A DNA stretch of 64,000 nucleotides from assembly GCA_013239625.1 (NCBI GenBank), contig MU054220.1:8405367-8469366 (forward strand), written 5' to 3'. The position numbers and the translations under genes were made by a program. Positions 27,740-37,500 of the stretch are shown here, piece by piece (the stretch's first letter is position 1; each line of letters begins with the position of its first letter). The notes beneath the pieces were generated by a model. The model searched no databases and was not told where the DNA came from. It saw nothing but the letters and a program-made list of their open reading frames with translations. The stretch is from Lama guanicoe. Its lineage: Eukaryota.

Positions 27740-28890
27740 ATAACGTAATAAAACAAGTAAGTATGGTAAGATTCTGAAAGATGGTAAAGAAAAAAAAGAA
27801 GGTGGTCCACCTAGGGACCTCACCAGTTGAAAAACAAAACCTGGTGAGTTCTCTGGGCTTCCTTATTGCCTCCCATATATTCTGGACAGGGTACTGCAGA
27901 AGCCGACACCCTGGAACCATCAACCAGCAGGGACGAAAAGTAGTTCTAAGAAGAGCCTGACGCCCTTAGCTAAAGGAACAGGAAAGGCATAGCCTAAAAA
28001 CAACAGCAGAAATGTTTTGGGCAATATCTTCCCTACTCCAGCCAAACCCCAAAGGGAAATCCACGCTCACACATGCAATTTCATTCAGCCGTAAGAGAAT
28101 CAGGTGTTCTACCCAGCCCTCCCCCTTTCTTCGCCCCACGGACGCAGGTGTTACTGCACGTCCCCGGCCCGTTGACATTAATAGACCACGTGGAGATCTG
28201 TTATTTTATGTTCTGCCTGATACAACCATATGGAGGTCTGATTTCCCTTCTAGGACACTGTGTTTTGGGGGGTAGTGGGGACACAGGGCAGGGAGCTGAT
28301 CTTCCTTTTTGCACCTGGTAGTAGCCAGAGTCCTTTGATTCCCTCACCAGGGTGATGTTAGTTGAGTGCAGAGGTGAGCTAAGCTCCCACCTGCCCCATC
28401 CATTTGCAACAAGACTGAAGAAGGCGGGGCCGGTGGGCTCTCGTAAGCACTCCTCTTTCCCCTACTCGTGTGTCAGCAAGGCCAAGTGGGCAGCTGAGCC
28501 CACAGATTCGAGAAGCTGGGAGAACCCCAAATAGGCTAAACCTACAGAAAATTCATGCCAAGACACCTCCTAATTAAACTTCTGAAAACTAAAGGCCAAG
28601 AAAAAAATCTTAAAAGCAGCCAGAGAAGATGAACATCTTACCTACAGGGTCATACACTTAGAATGACAACAGATTTCACATCTGAAACCACAGAGTCCAC
28701 AAAAAAGTTGCACATTTTTCAAGAGCTGGAAAAAAAAAAAGTACTGTCAATTGCATTTTCTATAGCTGGCAAAAAAATGTCCCTCTGGAATGCAGGGGAT
28801 ATCAGAACGTTCTCAGATGAAGGAAAGCTGAGATAATTTGTTGCTAGCAAACGAATCCTTAAAGACTGGCTAAAGAAAGTTTTCTAAAAA
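27740..28890 (+). mobile_element. Old L1M: 5'UTR-like segment followed by ORF1 C-terminal half
   Basis: From about 28505: agaaccccaaatagg...ccaagacacctcctaattaaacttctgaaaactaaaggccaagaaaaaaatcttaaaagcagccagagaa (PRHLLIKLLKTKGQEKILKAARE). Confidence 0.75.
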
Positions 28891-30429
28891 GTGGATCCAC
28901 CTTCCTGTTCAGTTTGAATAATTCTGTTTTCCTATGACTTACTCTGTTCACTATCATATTTCATTATTCATTATTGTCTCTCAACCAATATTACATAACT
29001 TCTAGGGGATGGAAACTCTCTCTTAAAATTTGTTGTGTCTTACAAACGCTGATTGCGCCCCTTCCGTGATACTCACTAGAGCCATTTGCCAAAGTCCTCT
29101 TGCCCTCCATCTTCTGGGGAAAATATGTTATTGCTTTTGCTGGTTCCTTTGTAGCTAGATTTGAACATGTATCATGTAGCTATTGCTGTGAAACAAACTG
29201 CCTCAAATTGCTGGTTTAAGCAACATTTACTTAGTTCATGATTCCATGATTTGGCAATTTAGGCTGGACTCAGCTGGGTGGTCTTTTTGGTCTCAGAAGG
29301 GCTCCCTCCCTCAGGTCTCTGTGCTCAGCTTCAGATTGGCTTTGCTGTCTTTCACTAAGTCCACTCATATGTTTAGGATTTTGGCTGCAAAAATTGGGCT
29401 GACTCATCTTTGATCCATACAGTTTCTTGTCCCCTCCATCAGACTACCCAGACTTACTAATGTAATTGTTTCAGAGTTAAAATATCTAATTGTTGACACT
29501 AGTTCTCCAATTCTTTCTTTTTTCTCTGCCATGACAACTTTTAAACTTTGAGGTAATGGGTATTCCTTGAGCCTAACTCTAAAGGGAGGGCAATGTGGAG
29601 AAACCTTCTAGCATAACTGAGAAACTGTGTTCTTTAAGCTGCTGTGTTGTGTTATTTTGTTATTGAATCATACCTTAGCCTAGCCTGACTCATTTTTACG
29701 TGTAGTAGGTTCTGTATAAATATTTGTTGAAGGAATGAATGTTAATTTTTCTTATTAACTATATCAGAGGAAATAAATATATAAATAAAACTTCATAAAA
29801 ATTTTACCTTGACAATTGGAGGGTAATGAAGGTTACGTGTTCTAAATAATAGTTATCAAACCAGAGCTTCTGAGGATATATGACTAATATTTGGATGGAA
29901 GAAAATAAAGTATTACCAATCAAATTAATTCATGTTGGCTGTATAACTGTAGTCTCTATTCATTCAATTAATATTTAATCACCAACTACTAACTGCCACT
30001 TTTCCAGGTACTAGAAATACAGAAATGAATAAAGCAGATGAAAGTCACACTCAAGGGAATTCTTTTCCAGTATTTCCAATCCAGATCCCCAATTCCCAAT
30101 CCCCAACCCAAAATACTGAAAGTTAAATTATATGCTATTTTAATCTTTCCCCATTAAGTGTAACTCTGTCTATAGGTTAGTGATCTAAATTTATTTCTCC
30201 ATTCACAGTTATTTGCCATTCCAATTTTTGTATCAAATAGCCATTTCGGTCTAACATAGATAAAGCATAATACTTAATTTCCTCAAATCCATCACTTCTT
30301 CCCCGCATCACCTTAACTTCTACCCCTCAGACATGTCTTTCCTCTGAGCTTCTTCACTTTATATTAGTGTGGTGAATACTCTGATATTCTACTCAGATGC
30401 CTCTTCAAAGGAGAATTTATCACCGTCAG
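28427..30429 (+). repeat. Tandem duplication, copy 1 (2,003 bp)
   Basis: gggccggtgggctctcg...tttatcaccgtcag repeated at offset +2011. Confidence 0.98.
29168..29460 (-). mobile_element. MLT1-type MaLR LTR (duplicated at about 31179-31471)
   Basis: tagctattgctgtgaaacaaactgcctcaaa...ggcaatttaggctggactcagctgggtggtc. Confidence 0.65.
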
Positions 30430-30437
30430 AAAAAAAA

Positions 30438-32440
30438 GGGCCGGTGGGCTCTCGTAAGCACTCCTCTTTCCCCTACTCGTGTGTCAGCAAGGCCAAGTGG
30501 GCAGCTGAGCCCACAGATTCGAGAAGCTGGGAGAACCCCAAATAGGCTAAACCTACAGAAAATTCATGCCAAGACACCTCCTAATTAAACTTCTGAAAAC
30601 TAAAGGCCAAGAAAAAAATCTTAAAAGCAGCCAGAGAAGATGAACATCTTACCTACAGGGTCATACACTTAGAATGACAACAGATTTCACATCTGAAACC
30701 ACAGAGTCCACAAAAAAGTTGCACATTTTTCAAGAGCTGGAAAAAAAAAAAGTACTGTCAATTGCATTTTCTATAGCTGGCAAAAAAATGTCCCTCTGGA
30801 ATGCAGGGGATATCAGAACGTTCTCAGATGAAGGAAAGCTGAGATAATTTGTTGCTAGCAAACGAATCCTTAAAGACTGGCTAAAGAAAGTTTTCTAAAA
30901 AGTGGATCCACCTTCCTGTTCAATTTGAATAATTCTGTTTTCCTATGACTTACTCTGTTCACTATCATATTTCATTATTCATTATTGTCTCTCAACCAAT
31001 ATTACATAACTTATAGGGGATGGAAACTCTCTCTTAAAATTTGTTGTGTCTTACAAACGCTGATTGCGCCCCTTCCGTGATACTCACTAGAGCCATTTGC
31101 CAAAGTCCTCTTGCCCTCCATCTTCTGGGGAAAATATGTTATTGCTTTTGCTGGTTCCTTTGTAGCTAGATTTGAACATGTATCATGTAGCTATTGCTGT
31201 GAAACAAACTGCCTCAAATTGCTGGTTTAAGCAACATTTACTTAGTTCATGATTCCATGATTTGGCAATTTAGGCTGGACTCAGCTGGGTGGTCTTTTTG
31301 GTCTCAGAAGGGCTCCCTCCCTCAGGTCTCTGTGCTCAGCTTCAGATTGGCTTTGCTGTCTTTCACTAAGTCCACTCATATGTTTAGGATTTTGGCTGCA
31401 AAAATTGGGCTGACTCATCTTTGATCCATACAGTTTCTTGTCCCCTCCATCAGACTACCCAGACTTACTAATGTAATTGTTTCAGAGTTAAAATATCTAA
31501 TTGTTGACACTAGTTCTCCAATTCTTTCTTTTTTCTCTGCCATGACAACTTTTAAACTTTGAGGTAATGGGTATTCCTTGAGCCTAACTCTAAAGGGAGG
31601 GCAATGTGGAGAAACCTTCTAGCATAACTGAGAAACTGTGTTCTTTAAGCTGCTGTGTTGTGTTATTTTGTTATTGAAACATACCTTAGCCTAGCCTGAC
31701 TCATTTTTACGTGTAGTAGGTTCTGTATAAATATTTGTTGAAGGAATGAATGTTAATTTTTCTTATTAACTATATCAGAGGAAATAAATATATAAATAAA
31801 ACTTCATAAAAATTTTACCTTGACAATTGGAGGGTAATGAAGGTTACGTGTTCTAAATAATAGTTATCAAACCAGAGCTTCTGAGGATATATGACTAATA
31901 TTTGGATGGAAGAAAATAAAGTATTACCAATCAAATTAATTCATGTTGGCTGTATAACTGTAGTCTCTATTCATTCAATTAATATTTAATCACCAACTAC
32001 TAACTGCCACTTTTCCAGGTACTAGAAATACAGAAATGAATAAAGCAGATGAAAGTCACACTCAAGGGAAATCTTTTCCAGTATTTCCAATCCAGATCCC
32101 CAATTCCCAATCCCCAACCCAAAATACTGAAAGTTAAATTATATGCTATTTTAATCTTTCCCCATTAAGTGTAACTCTGTCTATAGGTTAGTGATCTAAG
32201 TTTATTTCTCCATTCACAGTTATTTGCCATTCCAATTTTTGTATCAAATAGCCATTTCGGTCTAACATAGATAAAGCATAATACTTAATTTCCTCAAATC
32301 CATCACTTCTTCCCCGCATCACCTTAACTTCTACCCCTCAGACATGTCTTTCCTCTGAGCTTCTTCACTTTATATTAGTGTGGTGAATACTCTGATATTC
32401 TACTCAGATGCCTCTTCAAAGGAGAATTTATCACCGTCAG
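30438..32440 (+). repeat. Tandem duplication, copy 2 (2,003 bp)
   Basis: Same as copy 1 except five substitutions found by eye; separated from it by A8 (30430-30437). Confidence 0.98.
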
Positions 32441-32813
32441 TGCCACCAATACTGTTAGAAGATATCTTTCAGGGATCAACTTTCTTCAGGTATTATCTTA
32501 GGGGCAGAGAACTGCAGCTTCATTTCCCAGAAGACATTCACTTCCCATGGTGGCCCACATCCAGTGACTGATAGATTTGGGAGTATCAAGGTATAGCTGT
32601 CCTGATCCAACTCAGGGCAACCCTGCATGGCTGGAACTTCCTGTGCGATTGGCTAGTGTATCATTAGGCCTGCATCACAGTTCAGCTTCCCCCTCTTCTC
32701 TCTTGCTTCTTCCTACTTCTTTTCATACATATTGATCCCAAGGTCACTCAATGAACATTTTTCAAGCTAAACATTATCTCAGAGTCTGCTTCTTAGATAA
32801 CCATTCTGTAACA
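32379..32813 (+). mobile_element. LTR16-like ERVL LTR; 5' stub duplicated at 30368-30429
   Basis: TG...CA ends; terminal aaacattatctcagagtctgcttc...tgtaaca resembles LTR16. Confidence 0.7.
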
Positions 32814-32819
32814 GTTGGT

Positions 32820-33350
32820 ACTAACAATTAAAAATATTGTAAAGGAATACTATAAACAGCTGCATGCCAGTAAATTATACAGCTTAGATGCAATGGATAA
32901 ATTCCCAGAAAGACATGAACTACCAAAACTGACTCAAGAAGAGGAAGACAATATAAATTAAAATTCTAAAGCATCCACGAAAACACTAGTAGAAATTTAA
33001 AAGTTCAGCAAATTTGCAGGATACAAGATTACAAAAATCTATGTATTTATTTATATTTGCAATGAAATATCTGAAAGTGTAATTAAGGAAACAGACCCAA
33101 TTACAATAGAACTAATGGGAATATAAAATGTTTCAGCTGCTTTGCAATACAGTCTATCATTTTGTCAAATGAGTAAACAGAGTTTCGAAATGACTGGACA
33201 GCTCCAGTCTTATACATAGCCCCAAGAGGAATAGAAACTTATACCCACACAAAAACTTGTACTTGAATGTTTATAGTGACATTATTCATAACAGCCAAGT
33301 GGTGGAAACTACGCAAACATACATCCATTGATGAATAGATAAACAAACTA
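32820..33350 (+). mobile_element. L1M ORF2 remnants (three non-contiguous segments)
   Basis: cttagatgcaatggataaattcccagaaaga; gttcagcaaatttgcaggatacaagat; tgggaatataaaatg...cacacaaaaacttgtac. Confidence 0.75.
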
Positions 33351-33354
33351 GGAG

Positions 33355-33513
33355 TTAGTGTTAAGTGTCAACTTGGCTAGGGTACACAGTACCAAACTGT
33401 TCAATCAACATAGATCTGCTTGGTGATACGACTGTGTTTAGTAGATGTAGTTAGCATCTATTGCATTAGCCAGAGTTCTCCAAAGAAACAGAACCAATGG
33501 CATATATTTATTT

Positions 33514-33557
<44 letters not shown>

Positions 33558-34165
33558 TGTATGCATGTATATGTATTGAAGGAGAGAGATTTATTTTTAA
33601 AAATTGGCTTTTGAGATTATGGAGACCCAAGAAGAGCCAATGTTGAAGTTCTAGTCCAAAGGCCACCTCCTAGGGTTGCCATAACAAAATACAACAGATT
33701 GGCTTAAACAACAAAACTTCTCAGTCCTAGTGGCTGTAGGCGACACCTCCAAGTTGTCGGCAGGTTTAGTTTCTCCTGAGGCCTCTCTCCTTTACTTGCC
33801 GAGAGCTGTCTTCTCTCTGGGTCCTCGCACAGCCTTTTTTCTGTGTGCCTGCATCCCTGGTGTCTCCTCTTTTTAAAAGGGCACCAGTCATGTTGGATTA
33901 CGGTCCCACTGTTCATCTCACCATAACTTAATCATGTTTAAAGGCCCTATCTCTAAATGCAGTCATATGGATTAGGGCCCACCCTTATGACCCCATTTAA
34001 CTTTAATTACCTCTTTAAAGTCCTTGTCTCCGAAAGTAGTTACATTCTGAATTACCAGGGGTTGAGATTTCAACATATGAATTTGGGAGGGATGCATTTC
34101 AGCTTAAAACATCTACAATCAGTTGATTTTAGGTAAAGATTACTCTATATAGTGTGGGTAGCCAT
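33355..34165. mobile_element. Nested LTRs: MLT2D-like (+) split by an antisense MLT2B-like/MLT1A-like block (33462-34111)
   Basis: tgtcaacttggctagg...gtagatgtagttagcatcta resumes as tctacaatcagttgatt; the insert starts tgcattagccagagttctccaaagaaacagaacc and ends catatgaatttgggagggatgcatttcagcttaaaaca. Confidence 0.7.
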
Positions 34166-34439
34166 ACACACACACACACACACACACACATATATGAGTA
34201 TATATAATATACCCAGTTTTTAAAAGTTGGTTTAGTGCTAAATTATAAGTGGATTTGGTGGATTTGGCTCACAAATTGTGAATAGTGACAATTTATTCTG
34301 AAATCTAAATATGCCTAAATAAAAGATATTCTGTTGCCACCATTTTATGTTATAATTATATATTTTACATTATAAAATAATATATAATTATATAACATTA
34401 TATATATATATATATGAGTGGACAGTCACCTAAGTAACC

Positions 34440-34660
34440 TAAGGATCTGCAAGAATTGGTTTCAGGAGACCCCATATGTACCAAAATTCACAGACACTCA
34501 AGCCACGTACATAAAATGGCATAGTACAATGCTTACCATCGCCCTCTGCGTCTGTGGGTGTGAAGCAGACAAATACAGGGGGCTAACTGGATATTTATGG
34601 GAAAAAAATCACTTATAAGTGAACCCATGAGGTTCAAACTCATTGTTCAAGGTCAAACGT
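34440..34660. mobile_element. Tigger2a/MER2-like MITE fragment
   Basis: taccaaaattcacagacactcaagcc...ataaaatggcatagta; gaaaaaaatcacttataagtgaaccc...gttcaaggtcaa. Confidence 0.65.
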
Positions 34661-35505
34661 ACACATACATATATACACGTGTGTGTGTGTATATATGTAT
34701 ATGTATTATATATATATATAATATATATATTACATAATTAATATATAAAATTATATATATATAAATGTATATATAAAATCTCTTTCTGTAGTAGAAGGTA
34801 CATCCCTGACTGATAAAAGATTAGTTGCTAAATTGAACTGAATATTTGTTTAATGACCAAATAGTTGTACTGATGTTTACTTCCCTGCATTTTCATCCCA
34901 AACTCTTTTGGAATAATTTTAGTGGACATGACCTATGACCCAGTTTGTATCAGTGCCCTCTTTTAAGTTGATCTCACTGAGGCCAAGCCCTGGGTACCTC
35001 ATTTGCACACAGTACCCACTTGGACCAAACTGCTTGGCCTTAGCTTTCTTAGGAGTGAAGTGAAGGATTCAGGTAGAATAATGTCCAAGATCTCTTGCAG
35101 TTCTCACACTGTTATGATCAAAAACCCATTCTCACCTGTGTACAAGTACTGCTTATTAAGCATTAAATCACTCTATGTAGAAGGAAAATAATCACTATAT
35201 TATACCCTGGAGAAAATGTAAATTATGTTAAATAAGTGTTATATAAACATGGAATTTTGCTGTCTGTCATTCTATTAAATAAGTGTGGATTGCAATTTTC
35301 ACCTACTGATAATTATTGTGTTTTGACTCCCAGTGTTATTAATTAGTACAATTACTTCTGTTACTTTAATAATGTAGGGAAAATCATACTAGGGATAAAT
35401 GTTTAACTTTTATGTCTTATTTTGCCAAAATCAATTTGGATTTTGGAAAAGAAATTGTACAATGATGAATACGCTCGCCCTCCCCACCAAAAACTTCATA
35501 TTCAG

Positions 35506-35598
35506 GGGAAGGGAAGTAGCTGAGCGGTAGAGCGCATGCTTAGCATGCATGAGGTCCTGGATTCAAACTCCAGTGCCTCCATTAAAAAAAAAGATATT
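35506..35598 (+). mobile_element. tRNA-Ala(AGC)-derived SINE (camelid Vic-1-like) with A tail and TSD
   Basis: gtagctgagcggtagagcgcatgcttagcatgcatgaggtcctggattcaaactccagtgcctcca; TSD aaaacttcatattcag (35490-35505) and aaaaattcatattcag (35599-35614). Confidence 0.88.
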
Positions 35599-37339
35599 AA
35601 AAATTCATATTCAGTGTATCTCAGCAGTTTTTTAAAGATCTTAGGAACATGTCAGTTGACCTTCTTCTCATTTCATGGGTATATATAATATCCTTAGCTT
35701 TTAAGAATTAGTTTAGTGCTAAATCATAAGTTTACTTGGCTCATAAATTATGAATAGTGACAACGTATTTGGAAATGCAAATATATCTCAATAAAAGACC
35801 CCATGTTGTCATCAGAGTAAAAGCGTGATGTTTAAGGCCTAAGTAATTACAGTGTTCCATCAACGGGAGTTTTTGCTGTTTTCTTAAATTATATAATCAT
35901 CAGTAATGCAGCACTTCAATGAAAAGATTAAAAATTCTGCTAGGAATGCAGGAAAATCGAGGATAGATTGGACATACTTGTCTGAGTTAATAATAGTTTC
36001 TGTAACTTTATAAAGCTGTTCAACCAGCAGGAGCAGAGAAAATATTTCATCCCCATGTTCCCTTAAAATATGTATACCTATATTTATTTGCAAAATATTT
36101 TATCCCTATGTTCCCTTAAAATACATACATATGAAACCTGAGTTATGTTCAGGATCATTACCGTTATTAAGACTGAGTATCAAGAGACGTAGATTTATCT
36201 TATAAGAAAAAAAGGACAATGTTTACACTGACAAAATTTCTGAAGTTCTCTTTGTGAGGAAAAAATGGAGGAAAAAATGGGTGTGATTTCTTGGCTGCTT
36301 CTGTGGAGGGTTCATTATGTTCTGAGCAAATGTGTGCCTTCCTATTGATCACATAGCAGGTGTGCTTAAGTCGTTTGGAAGATAGGCTTTCTGATGAGAG
36401 AGAAATGGAATCACTCCGGACTCAGCAACCTAATTCATCTGAACCTTACTTTCCTCAACCATAAAATACCTACTGTGCAGGTTTGTTGTGGAATAACAGA
36501 TACAAAGAAATTAGAATATTTACGGCCACGTTGCCAGACTCAATTCGTGGCTGTTGCCTAACATGATTGTTGTCAAAGAACAAAAGAGAATAAAGATTTT
36601 TAAAGAGAGTTTGGGACGTGGAATGCTTTCTAGTTTTTAATTCTGTGACATTGAATAATCCTTGCAATAGTTTGCTCTTATAACTGAAAGAAATAATTAT
36701 GAAATCACTGTTTTATACTTTAAGGCAAACTAAGGTTGTTTATCATCTACTATATAGTGTATACAGAGTGCATTTAAGAAATTCACCATATTTTTCTAGA
36801 AGACAATATTTACACAATAATTAAACAATTTTCATCATAAATGTTCTGTTTTATTTTGTGTTAAGAGTTTTTATTTCTCCTCGGAGTGAAGCATGTATGT
36901 TTCACTTACGAGGATTTTCCTCCCAAAGGTATTTCTAAAACTTTAAAGAGCTGCAGTACTAAATAGTCAACTAATTCATCACTGTTCTTTTAACAACTTT
37001 TCTGGCAAGATATTTTTGTCTGTTATTTTTTAATACCTGAAAGCAATGTAAAAGTATAAAACATATGGACTTAAAAATGGATAGACCATGTTTTGGTTTT
37101 TGAACTCCAAAAAAGAAGTTACTCCAGTTCATTTCATTCCTCCAGAATAATGGATATTTACAGTGACCTCAGTATCTATCTTGTGGGCAGGTTATATGAT
37201 TCATCTTTCCTAATACAGCTTATTGCACTAAAACTTTCAGGAAAAAAAAGTATGGCTACTATAGATTAGCCAGTGTATGTGTGAGACAAATAATATATTT
37301 ATAATTAAAAAAACAAACAAACAAAAAACAGCCACAACC

Positions 37340-37500
37340 TAGAACCATGTTACATAGCTGTTGGAGCTCAGATATTGGTGCCATGTGGAACTGAATATGT
37401 GTTGTGGCTAAGTCTTTTGTTAGATATCTGTCCTTGCACAAGTTACTTAGCTCTCTAAGTTTCAGTTTTCCCATCTGGAAAATGGACATAATAGTAATCC
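37340..37500 (+). mobile_element. MIR SINE
   Basis: ccttgcacaagttacttagctctctaagtttcagttttcccatctggaaaatgg core. Confidence 0.75.

Noticed and set aside
30397..30588. 63-aa ORF spanning the duplication junction
   Set aside because: A chance LTR16/L1 fusion frame with no promoter or domain support.
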